Assembly (NCBI GenBank): GCA_035438705.1
Contig: DAORIV010000001.1
Span: forward strand, 43,593-107,592
Source: Parcubacteria group bacterium
Lineage (GTDB): Bacteria; Patescibacteriota; Minisyncoccia; Phycocordibacterales; DATDWN01
Length of the DNA stretch: 64,000 bases
Direction: 5' to 3'
A program made the position numbers and the translations under genes. Positions 36,901 to 44,058 of the stretch are shown here, one piece after another (positions within the stretch are counted from its first letter, which is position 1; every line of letters starts with the position of its first letter). Under the pieces are notes generated by a model. That model was not told the origin of the DNA. It made no database searches and saw nothing but the letters and a program-made list of their open reading frames with translations.

Positions 36901-38799
36901 CAAAGCACTAGTGCATTAGGAACAATCACAGGAACATCAGTATATGCAAACAGTATAAACTGGTGGAATGTTAACTATGATACTGGAGTAGATGGGTGGT
37001 CATCAGAGCAATTCTTGCAAAATTATGTTGCGCCTACTACTCCAACAACACCTACTGCTCCGACACAACCGACAACACCAAGTGGCACAGGTAGTACTTT
37101 CTACCCTCCAATAAATACTAGTGACACATCAGATGCTCCTCTAATTAACTTTGCTGAAACATGGGCAAGAAACTGGAACTTTGGTGGACACAGTGTAACT
37201 ACTACAAACTGGAGTGGTTGGTGGGATTACAGTGATACTTCTTACGAGCCTTGGTTGTTCGATAGAGCATCAGTTGGTTACTATTTATACAAGAGAACAA
37301 ATGATTCTAAATGGTTAGATAAGTTTATGTCTGACTTTGCTTGGTACAGAGCAAGAATAGATGCAAATGGATTCTTTACACCTACATCCTATGACGATAA
37401 CAAATATGCTTACGTTAGACCATTTCTTTTATATGAAAGACAAACAGGTGACAATCAATATAGAAGTCAAGCACTAAATATTTATAATATGTGGCTTAGA
37501 GAATTTTCTAACACATATAGTACTTCTATTGGACTTTGGACTGAAAGAGAAATTGGTTTAGCTCTTGAAGTTGCTGTAGATTATTACGATCTTACAGGAA
37601 GTCAGGCAGCGCTTACTCGTGCGAATGCACTTGTTACTCAGTGGTCAGTTATGTCGGCAAATAATGGAGGTGCACCACTTCACACTGTAACTCAACATGA
37701 AGGTGGTGGGGGATCTCAAATGATTACTAGTCCGTGGATGAGTGCACTTTATTTTCAAGCTGCATATAAACTTTATGCATTAACCGGTAATACAGAAGTG
37801 TTACAACAAATAAGTAGATATGCTGATTGGATGGAGCAATATGGTTACTTCTCTGGAAATACAGTGGGGGTTTCAAGTGTTCCTACTGCAGCATATTATT
37901 TAGCTGGCCCAAACGGTCCTTACACTGCCGAGACACCTAGTACAGGAGATTTTTCTCACTGTTTAGATATCTCAAATATGATTAAGTTCGCAGTGGTTGC
38001 AAAACAAGCTCTTGGAGAGTCAACTACAGCAGTTGCAAACAGACAAGCACAATTAAAAACATGCGCAGCATATTATTTTGCTGACGCAACAAGAACTACA
38101 ACAAGTCTTCCAAGATACAGAGTAAATCCGGCCAGATCATTTAACTGGTGGGTGCGTTCAACAGTTGAGTACAGAACATCTGGAACAAACTCAACTCCAA
38201 TACCTACTCCAACAGTAACACCAACAATACCACCCACCACAACAACTCCAACTACACCTACATCAGGAGGAGCAGGTGGTGGAAGTTCAGCACCAAGTAC
38301 ACCATCTACACCAGTAACACCTACAACACCGAGTGCAGGGTCAGGAGCTGGGGTAGGTGGAGGAGGCGGAGTGCAAACTCCTAGCTTACCAAGTACAGGT
38401 GGCGGAGGAACATCTTCCACACCTAAACCAGTTATCACTCGCAATTTGTCACCAGGAACAAAGGGAACTGATGTAACACAATTACAAAACTTCCTAATCT
38501 CTACAGGATATCTAGCATCAGGACTAAACACAGGATACTATGGTAATGCTACCAAAGAAGCTGTACAGAAGTATCAATGTGCCACACTTAAACTATGTTC
38601 AGGAACACAAACAACTAATGGTTACGGAGTAGTAGGAACAAAGACAAGAACAGCACTAACTACAACAAACACTCCTGTGCAAACCATAACCTCTACACTT
38701 ACTGCAGAACAAAGAGTTGCAATACAGAAACAGATTAGTGATTTACTTGTAGTTGTCGCACAACTTATGGAGCAACTAAAAGCAATGCAGGGGAACTAG
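33943..38799 (+). CDS. giant (1618 aa) secreted multidomain protein: signal peptide, two near-identical PKD/Ig-like modules, heparinase II/III-like polysaccharide-lyase region, SH3b-like domain, second alpha/alpha-toroid-like region, T/P/G-rich linkers, C-terminal peptidoglycan-binding domain and amphipathic helix
   Basis: ESHAHQDQGSFTL (heparinase II/III-like H-x-H-x-D-x-GSF), PG_binding_1-like LSPGTKGTDVTQLQNFLISTGYL...TKEAVQKYQ, repeated Ig-like WSSTNATSCTASGSW modules. Confidence 0.7.
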   Translation: MKKVYFIVFILGALLFNNSVYSATATFQHGVNGYTGGEDLEISSDNPNTNYISGGSNYSDRSGLRFCGSKCNKILLRFNSLGITGNITNVRLELKESGRQGGASNIYAYKISKNDWVNSQTTWNTYKTGSNWASAGGDIGSVLSTISAPGTNNWASFDLGANWTITELQQNGILIDTDIPGWNYVWFYTNEASNVTDRPKLIVTYDGTTPTTPTTPAPTVTISASPTSITSGGSSTLTWSSTNATSCTASGSWTGSRGTSGTQSTGTLTTNSTFTLSCSGAGGTTNQSVTVIINSTTPVTPTSGGLEIDLSYVNQSSPEFIRFKSVVDAALAGNPDYGFSGEHAALMYKITGDVRYADYAIGFIENCQNSRYAGANCGVQGAEALISNGNRPPVAGDSYLEVGDIIGSLALVYDWAGSRMTQSQKTRWANYANQTIYNVWNPNQASWGGVSHPWTGWSINNPGNNYYYSFVQATMYWALATNDTTLLSFVRNQKLQPLVNYFNQIPGGGSLEGTGYGTAHMRMFHLYQVWKDSTGEDLANANSHLTDSIRLWLHQTTPNRAYYAPIGDLSRSSFPDLFDYHRRLVLEARNLTNNNSAKDTASWWLNNISVTQMSRRIDSQYDLLPKGINTSVAPNEPLSYRASGIGRVFARTGWDTNALWMSFAAGKYNESHAHQDQGSFTLANNAWLAVTNNIYTNSGIEQSTDYHNIIRFVQNGSVVPQREGTESVMTVNQLGTNGEVDVTGNITPAYGGSSAVQSWVRNIRFSGRKLTVNDGFSVAAGTQAIFQIHVPVQPVVSGNTITAGNLRVRVLVPASPTITVVNQGRYRIDISGGTNQYVVELSDQAITGTTIIPAPPVSGSPTTPTTPTTPAPTVTISASPTSITSGGSSTLTWSSTNATSCTASGSWTGSRGTSGTLSVTPTTTSTYTLSCTGIGGSINQSTTVTVNTVIPTTPASTLFTSGQRVQTTANLNVRATASSNGTLLGTQSTSALGTITGTSVYANSINWWNVNYDTGVDGWSSEQFLQNYVAPTTPTTPTAPTQPTTPSGTGSTFYPPINTSDTSDAPLINFAETWARNWNFGGHSVTTTNWSGWWDYSDTSYEPWLFDRASVGYYLYKRTNDSKWLDKFMSDFAWYRARIDANGFFTPTSYDDNKYAYVRPFLLYERQTGDNQYRSQALNIYNMWLREFSNTYSTSIGLWTEREIGLALEVAVDYYDLTGSQAALTRANALVTQWSVMSANNGGAPLHTVTQHEGGGGSQMITSPWMSALYFQAAYKLYALTGNTEVLQQISRYADWMEQYGYFSGNTVGVSSVPTAAYYLAGPNGPYTAETPSTGDFSHCLDISNMIKFAVVAKQALGESTTAVANRQAQLKTCAAYYFADATRTTTSLPRYRVNPARSFNWWVRSTVEYRTSGTNSTPIPTPTVTPTIPPTTTTPTTPTSGGAGGGSSAPSTPSTPVTPTTPSAGSGAGVGGGGGVQTPSLPSTGGGGTSSTPKPVITRNLSPGTKGTDVTQLQNFLISTGYLASGLNTGYYGNATKEAVQKYQCATLKLCSGTQTTNGYGVVGTKTRTALTTTNTPVQTITSTLTAEQRVAIQKQISDLLVVVAQLMEQLKAMQGN
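34565..34730 (+). repeat. intragenic direct repeat copy 1 (~166 bp, PKD/Ig-like module)
   Basis: apparently identical to 36526..36691 (by reading, and by identical antisense ORF translations). Confidence 0.85.
36526..36691 (+). repeat. intragenic direct repeat copy 2 (~166 bp)
   Basis: apparently identical to 34565..34730. Confidence 0.85.
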
Positions 38800-38805
38800 A
38801 GAAAT

Positions 38806-38834
38806 AAAAAAACCGCCACATAGCGGTTTTTTTA
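38806..38834. terminator. bidirectional terminator AAACCGCCACATAGCGGTTT with A/T runs
   Basis: between the giant gene (+) and the malic enzyme gene (-). Confidence 0.55.
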
Positions 38835-39989
38835 TTTGCTAACCTTTTTTACTGCATTTGCTACAGCTTTAGCAACTCTTTTATCAAATGGACTTGGAAT
38901 AATGTAACTAGGGGATAGCTCCTTGTAAGTGACTAGTTTAGCTATAGCTAAAGCTGATGCTAACTTCATTTCGGTGGTTATTTGTTTTGCACCACTATCT
39001 AATGCGCCCCGGAAAATCCCAGGAAATACTAAAACATTATTTATTTGGTTTGGGTAATCACTTCTGCCTGTTCCAAAAACTTTTATTTTGGTTTTCTTTG
39101 CATTCTCCATACTTATCTCTGGATTAGGATTTGCCAAAGCAAGAACTATTGGGTCTTTGGCCATTTTTTCTATCCATTCAGGTTTTAAAATATCTGCAAC
39201 TGAAACACCAATAAAAACATCAGCATCTTCCAGCACTTGTTCCAGGTTTCCTTCCATTGTCTTACTATTTGTTTTATCAGCAATAGCTTTTTTGTATTTG
39301 TTTAAGTCAGTTCTTTTTCTATGTAAGGCACTTTTACTATCTAACATGATAATATTCTTTGCATTCACGCCATAATCAATAAGTAGATTACATATTGCTA
39401 TTGCTGCAGAACCAGCACCGTTAATTATAGTTTTAATACTGTTCTTATCTTTTTTAACGACTTTTAATGCGTTTATTAATGAAGCAAGAACCACAATTGC
39501 TGTGCCATGCTGATCGTCGTGCATTACAGGTATGTTCAATTCTTTTTTTAGTCGTTCTTCTATCTCAAAACATTTTGGCGCTGAAATATCCTCTAAATTT
39601 ATTCCACCAAATCCAACTGAGATTATTTTGATTGTTCTAATAATTTCTTCTGTATCTTGTGTGTCTAAACAAATAGGGTAGGCATCTATTCCAGCAAACT
39701 CTTTAAATAATATTGCCTTACCTTCCATAACAGGCAGAGCACCGTAAGGTCCAATATTTCCAAGTCCCAGAACTGATGACCCATCGGATATTACAGCCAC
39801 AGAGTTTGATTTAACTGTGAGTTTATTAGCTAAATCTTTATTTTTTTTTAAAACTCTTGATACTTCTGCTATCCCTGGTGTGTATGCAACAGATAGCTCG
39901 TATTTATTAGTTACTTTTAATTTAGAATAAGTACCAATTTTACCTTTAATTTTTTTATGCAATTCAAGTGATTTTTTAAAATAATTCAT
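38832..39989 (-). CDS. NAD(P)-dependent malic enzyme (short bacterial form)
   Basis: YTPGIAEV, ISDGSSVLGLGNIGPYGALPVMEGK malic-enzyme motifs; start at MNYFKK (ATG 39987-39989); upstream in-frame extension to 40055 runs into repeat/hairpin sequence. Confidence 0.8.
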   Translation of the reverse strand: MNYFKKSLELHKKIKGKIGTYSKLKVTNKYELSVAYTPGIAEVSRVLKKNKDLANKLTVKSNSVAVISDGSSVLGLGNIGPYGALPVMEGKAILFKEFAGIDAYPICLDTQDTEEIIRTIKIISVGFGGINLEDISAPKCFEIEERLKKELNIPVMHDDQHGTAIVVLASLINALKVVKKDKNSIKTIINGAGSAAIAICNLLIDYGVNAKNIIMLDSKSALHRKRTDLNKYKKAIADKTNSKTMEGNLEQVLEDADVFIGVSVADILKPEWIEKMAKDPIVLALANPNPEISMENAKKTKIKVFGTGRSDYPNQINNVLVFPGIFRGALDSGAKQITTEMKLASALAIAKLVTYKELSPSYIIPSPFDKRVAKAVANAVKKVSK

Positions 39990-39992
39990 ACT

Positions 39993-40003
39993 GTGTTGGC
40001 GGG
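39993..40003. repeat. 11-bp direct repeat TGTGTTGGCGG (copy of the tRNA-Ser 3-prime end/flank; second copy 43133..43143)
   Basis: region reads GGCCCGCCAACACA on the minus strand, versus GGCTCCGCCAACACA at the intact tRNA-Ser 3-prime end. Confidence 0.6.
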
Positions 40004-40074
40004 CCACTCGGGTTAAGTACCGTCCGAGTGAGACGTTGTAAGGATATTTTAACACATTTATTGACGGTCAATTG

Positions 40075-40088
40075 AAGCACTCGGGTCA
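40075..40088. repeat. 14-bp direct repeat AAGCACTCGGGTCA (second copy 43105..43118)
   Basis: exact 14-mer at both ends of the GC-rich islet. Confidence 0.6.
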
Positions 40089-40234
40089 GGGTCTCAGTAG
40101 ACACGATAGACACTATAAAAAGAAAATCTAAAACTTATTTTTCTGTATAAAATATGATAGTATTATTAAAACACTTACCATTTACAAAACCAATTTTTTA
40201 TGATTATATAACCTCGGAGGTTATTTGAAAAACT

Positions 40235-40960
40235 ATGGAAAAACCCAAGATCTTACTTATCCACGGCTGGAACTATACGAACTACACATCCTCAGGATGT
40301 AAGAGTGCGTGGTCAAACCGATTAAAATTTGTGGAAGCATTGTCTCAACATTTCAATGTTGTGACTATCAACCTGCCTGGGTTTTGTGGTCAGGCCGATC
40401 CAGAAAAACCTTGGACTATTGATGATTATGTTGACCATGTCAACACGGTTGTCAGAGCAGAGAACCCGAACTTTGTCCTCGGATATTCTTTTGGAGGAGC
40501 GATTGTCCTTCGTTGGAAAAGCAGAACAAAAGATACAGTGACTGGAGTGATTCTTGTTTCTCCTGCAATTATTCGCAGGTACGAGAATAAGGATCTAAGT
40601 CTTGTTCAGGAGATTCTCAAGAAGGTTCTCCCAAACAGACTGATTTCTACTCTCAGGGATCTGTATCTAACACAGTTCGTGAAGAATCCGTATTACTCAA
40701 AAGCAACGAAGGTGATGCGCGAAACGTATCGCAATATCGTTGCTGTTGATTTGCGGAAAGACCTACAAGAACTTACCCAGCCAATCACGCTTATCTATGG
40801 TGAATTCGACAGTGCAACACCTGTCGAATTGGTCAAAGAGGTTCTTTCAAGCTCAAAAACGAAACACAAACTGAATGTGATTCCTGCTGGTGGGCATGAC
40901 ATTGCAAATTCTCACACAGCGGAGCTCATTTCCCTGATCACAAGAGAAATTGGAGGATAG
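40235..40960 (+). CDS. alpha/beta-hydrolase fold protein (esterase/lipase-like); GC-rich (~46%) relative to the genome
   Basis: LLIHGW ... GYSFGG nucleophile elbow, His near C-terminus. Confidence 0.65.
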   Translation: MEKPKILLIHGWNYTNYTSSGCKSAWSNRLKFVEALSQHFNVVTINLPGFCGQADPEKPWTIDDYVDHVNTVVRAENPNFVLGYSFGGAIVLRWKSRTKDTVTGVILVSPAIIRRYENKDLSLVQEILKKVLPNRLISTLRDLYLTQFVKNPYYSKATKVMRETYRNIVAVDLRKDLQELTQPITLIYGEFDSATPVELVKEVLSSSKTKHKLNVIPAGGHDIANSHTAELISLITREIGG

Positions 40961-40962
40961 AA

Positions 40963-42336
40963 ATGGTATTTGACCTTGAGACCTTAAGAAGAATCCTTCC
41001 GGATTCAAGATTTGTAAATTTGAGTGGTAATGAGATCTTCACAGTTCTCAATATCGCTCATCTAAAGCAGTTTGAAGCTACATCTTCAGAAGACAGAATT
41101 CTGTATTTCTGTGTGTATGAAGATGATCCTAATCTTATGGGTTGGTACAACAATCCATTTGACCGATCTCTCAACATTCAGAAAATCAGGACTGACGAGA
41201 GAGTTACTTTCGTTGTTGACCAGAGAGTCCCTGAAGACCGAGTTCATCGTATACGACACATTCGCGTCGGTAATATCTACGATGCGATTGATTGTATTCG
41301 CCGACACGTCCTATCCCAAATCAATCCTCAGGTGATTGGTGTGACAGGAAGTGTTGGAAAAACCACAGGAGTGGCTCTTATCCAAAGCATTTTGGAGAAG
41401 GGGTTGAGTTGCGGAAGGATATATTCAAAACGCCTCACTCCATTGACCTTGTCTTCGTGGCTGGTCAACTTTCTAGATTCATCACACCGTGTGTTGGCTC
41501 TAGAATATTCAATGTACCGAAAGGATCACATTGATAGACTGACTGACATCCTAACTCCTGATATTGGTGTATTCCTGAATGTGAAAAGGATGCATCTGGG
41601 AGTACAAGGGATAAACAGCTTGCAAGATATCGTTGAAGGCAAAGAGGCTCTGGTGCGTAAATCAAAGTTGGGAGTACTCAATATTGATGAGCCACTAGTG
41701 TCTCAACTCAAGAGGCATGGAGATCTGACTTTCTCACTTAGAGACAAGCAAGCAGATGCCTTCATATTCACTGATGGTGATGAAGCAGTGCTTATCTTGA
41801 ATAGCACGGGTCATGAAATCAGATTTGTGCCATACATCAAGACAAGTCTGTTTTACTACCAAGCGTCTGTTGCTGGTCTCATTGGAGTACAGTTCGGAAT
41901 TTCTCCTGAACTTATCACTAATGCTCTTGAGGATTTCAGACCAGCAGAAAACAGGATCAATTGGATTGATGTTAAGGGCCACCAAGTGCTGTTTGATGGT
42001 GATGTAACTGTAAGTGGCAGAATGGCCTCTCTATCAGAACATCACTACACAACCAGTATTTTGATGATCCATAGTTTTGACTTTGGTGAGGAAAATATCG
42101 ACTTGCAAGTCGATGATTTTTCTCAGGTTTTCTCAACATTTTCTGAAGTTAGAGTTCTAGACACTGAAGAAAATAGGACAATTATTTCAAAGTATTCATT
42201 GAGAAATATTATCTTTGTAACAAAAGATGACTTCCTCTCTGGACTTTCGAAATTTGAGTTCAAAGTTCTTCACTTCGGGACATACTTCAGGAAGTATAAG
42301 GACCTGAGTTTCCTCATGCAATTCATAGCCGTCTGA
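40963..42336 (+). CDS. Mur ligase family protein (MurF/MurE-like ATP-dependent amide ligase) with N-terminal extension; GC-rich
   Basis: GVTGSVGKTT Mur-ligase P-loop, central and C-terminal Mur-ligase-like regions. Confidence 0.6.
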   Translation: MVFDLETLRRILPDSRFVNLSGNEIFTVLNIAHLKQFEATSSEDRILYFCVYEDDPNLMGWYNNPFDRSLNIQKIRTDERVTFVVDQRVPEDRVHRIRHIRVGNIYDAIDCIRRHVLSQINPQVIGVTGSVGKTTGVALIQSILEKGLSCGRIYSKRLTPLTLSSWLVNFLDSSHRVLALEYSMYRKDHIDRLTDILTPDIGVFLNVKRMHLGVQGINSLQDIVEGKEALVRKSKLGVLNIDEPLVSQLKRHGDLTFSLRDKQADAFIFTDGDEAVLILNSTGHEIRFVPYIKTSLFYYQASVAGLIGVQFGISPELITNALEDFRPAENRINWIDVKGHQVLFDGDVTVSGRMASLSEHHYTTSILMIHSFDFGEENIDLQVDDFSQVFSTFSEVRVLDTEENRTIISKYSLRNIIFVTKDDFLSGLSKFEFKVLHFGTYFRKYKDLSFLMQFIAV

Positions 42337-42353
42337 GTAAAATCAGACGGCTA
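42328..42353 (+). terminator. hairpin AGCCGTCTGA-GTAAAA-TCAGACGGCT overlapping the stop of the Mur-ligase-like gene
   Basis: 10-bp perfect stem; weak T-run. Confidence 0.4.
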
Positions 42354-42490
42354 TTCGTTTAAATTATTATATTAATTTTTTATACAAATCAGCTTTCAAA
42401 AACTTATGTTTCTTAAAAGATTTACATCTTTTACAAACCAGAATCACATTACTCATATTAGAGAGTACAAGGATAAAACACTCGCACTAA

Positions 42491-43090
42491 TTAACAAATG
42501 ATATAATTTATAAAAGTAGAAAATATTATATATAAAGTGCCTAATGTAAAAAGAGATATGATCCATTTGTGATATTTAATAAATGAAGCTCTGTTTTTTA
42601 TTATATTAATATCCAAATGGTTTGTGCCCAGAGTATTATCCATTTTAAATGTTTCTTGAACATACTCCGACATGCTTGTAACCCGATCGTTAGATGGTTT
42701 ATTTTTATCTAAAATTATGGACTTGGCACCGTTTGATATTATCCAGGATATTTCAGCACTAGATATTTTTTTATTTTCTGATTCAAGATGATAGTTTAGA
42801 AAAACATACGACAATACAATATTTACTAAAAGGACAACAAATCCTATAAGTAAAACTACAACATTTATGTTGAGTTTATCTACATCAAGCAACATTAAAG
42901 AAAATGGTGCTATAACCCCAGAAACTACTGCAATATCTTTAATTTGTTCTCTATAAGAATCAATCAATATTTTGATATTTGAATTAAGTAATATCCTTCT
43001 TGAAATATCATCTTCTTCTAGATTTGCGGAAAAATTAGAGATCAAATCCTGTATTTCAGCTTCTAGTTTTTTTATATTTTCATCTTGCAT
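42491..43090 (-). CDS. hypothetical membrane protein with N-terminal coiled-coil segment
   Basis: 199 aa, 3-4 TM helices, AT-rich like host. Confidence 0.45.
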   Translation of the reverse strand: MQDENIKKLEAEIQDLISNFSANLEEDDISRRILLNSNIKILIDSYREQIKDIAVVSGVIAPFSLMLLDVDKLNINVVVLLIGFVVLLVNIVLSYVFLNYHLESENKKISSAEISWIISNGAKSIILDKNKPSNDRVTSMSEYVQETFKMDNTLGTNHLDINIIKNRASFIKYHKWIISLFTLGTLYIIFSTFINYIIC

Positions 43091-43137
43091 GTTAGTTAAA
43101 ACTAAAGCACTCGGGTCACACCGATACTAAATTGTGT

Positions 43138-43230
43138 TGGCGGAGCCGGATGGATTCGAACCATCGGTACCTTATTAAAGGGTACACCTCTTTAGCAAAG
43201 AGGCACGTTAGACCACTCTGACACGGCTCC
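43138..43230 (-). tRNA. tRNA-Ser (anticodon GCU), class II with long variable arm, CCA encoded
   Basis: GGAGCCG acceptor, anticodon loop TTGCTAA, T-arm GATGGTTCGAATCCATC, 3-prime CGGCTCCGCCA. Confidence 0.85.
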
Positions 43231-43257
43231 AATAAAATAACATTCAACATGCTTTCT

Positions 43258-43386
43258 TTTTAGCAAAGAGGCACGTTAGGTCAGGAATAGTTTTTTTTAA
43301 AAACTTTCCCGACCCGGACTCGCGTCTAGACGCTCCGTCTCTAAATTACTATCCCATAGTAATTTAGCACTCTGACACGGCTCCAA
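43258..43386 (-). repeat. partial duplicate of the tRNA-Ser 5-prime half (positions ~1-38) interrupted in the D-loop by an ~80-bp insert made of two perfect palindromes
   Basis: GGAGCCGTGTCAGAGTG...[CTAAATTACTAT-GGG-ATAGTAATTTAG ; GCGTCTAGACGC]...CTAACGTGCCTCTTTGCTAAA matches the intact tRNA, then diverges. Confidence 0.7.
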
Positions 43387-43444
43387 TTAATTTCAAGGTT
43401 AGCATATTTTATGTATTAGGTATATTATAGCGCACGGAGGACTT

Positions 43445-43894
43445 ATGCCAGATAGACACGGTTACACCGTTGAAGAATTTGCTCTTTTACTTTCTGTTGG
43501 TGAGTGTACTGTCTACAGATGGATTTACGAGGACACTATCCTGTACTTTAATTCTCGCATACCAAAGAAATATGCAAATAAAATAATAAAGCTTTGGTCA
43601 AAAACATGTACACCTTCTGAATTTTCAAGGCACCTTGGAGTCAGTCCTTCCAAGGTAGACATACTGATTAAAAAAGGAAAACTTCGAACTATTCGAGTGG
43701 TCAGAAAACCTCGGGTTTTTCTAAGAGATCTGGAGAAAATCAAAAATGATAAAAATCTGGTACAAAAGACAGATGTAATTAACAAAAATAAAATAGGTTT
43801 TGCTAGATATTCAAAAAAAAGAAAAACAGCAATTGCTCTATTGGGCTGTTATTCTCCAAATAGAAAAAAGCGGGGTAAAAGAGATATATTTTAA
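43445..43894 (+). CDS. small DNA-binding protein with two HTH (excisionase/MerR-like HTH_17) motifs
   Basis: YTVEEFALLLSVGECTVYRWI and SEFSRHLGVSPSKVDILIKKGKL helix-turn-helix signatures. Confidence 0.5.
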   Translation: MPDRHGYTVEEFALLLSVGECTVYRWIYEDTILYFNSRIPKKYANKIIKLWSKTCTPSEFSRHLGVSPSKVDILIKKGKLRTIRVVRKPRVFLRDLEKIKNDKNLVQKTDVINKNKIGFARYSKKRKTAIALLGCYSPNRKKRGKRDIF

Positions 43895-43896
43895 TT

Positions 43897-43929
43897 AAGG
43901 CGCCCGTCATTACTACGGGCGCCTGTTCT
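43897..43929 (+). terminator. terminator GGCGCCCGT-CATTACT-ACGGGCGCC + T-rich tail
   Basis: 9-bp GC-rich stem after the HTH gene. Confidence 0.55.
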
Positions 43930-43968
43930 ATTACATTTTTTAAAAAAATTCTGTATACTGGAAAAATT

Positions 43969-44055
43969 GGATAGGTGGATGAGTGGTTTAAATCAACGGT
44001 TTACTAAACCGTCGTAGGGTAAAACCTACCGAGAGTTCGAATCTCTCCCTATCCG
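43969..44055 (+). tRNA. class II tRNA (Ser-like, long variable arm) with anticodon loop UUACUAA, apparent anticodon ACU
   Basis: acceptor GGATAGG/CCTATCC, D-stem GAT/ATC, anticodon stem ACGGT/ACCGT, variable arm GTAGG..CCTAC, T-arm GAGAGTTCGAATCTCTC, discriminator G. Confidence 0.6.
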
Positions 44056-44058
44056 CAT

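Noticed and set aside
34554-38531. Minus-strand ORFs inside the giant surface-protein gene (34554..34793, 36471..36743, 38073..38531)
   Set aside because: Antisense of Thr/Pro-rich linker and PKD repeats (giving V/G/P-rich artefacts). Their identical translations merely reflect the 166-bp direct repeat.
38832-40055. Longer N-terminal extension of malic enzyme (GTG start at 40055)
   Set aside because: The extension (MLKYPYNVSLGRYLTRVARQHS) is translated from the att-like repeat/hairpin region. The ATG at 39987-39989 gives a normal malic-enzyme N-terminus.
39990-40100. A complete tRNA gene at the left end of the GC-rich islet
   Set aside because: Only the acceptor 3-prime end-like GGCCCGCCAACACA and a 7-bp/11-nt-loop hairpin are present. 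There is no matching 5-prime acceptor strand, D-arm or anticodon arm. Interpreted as an att scar.
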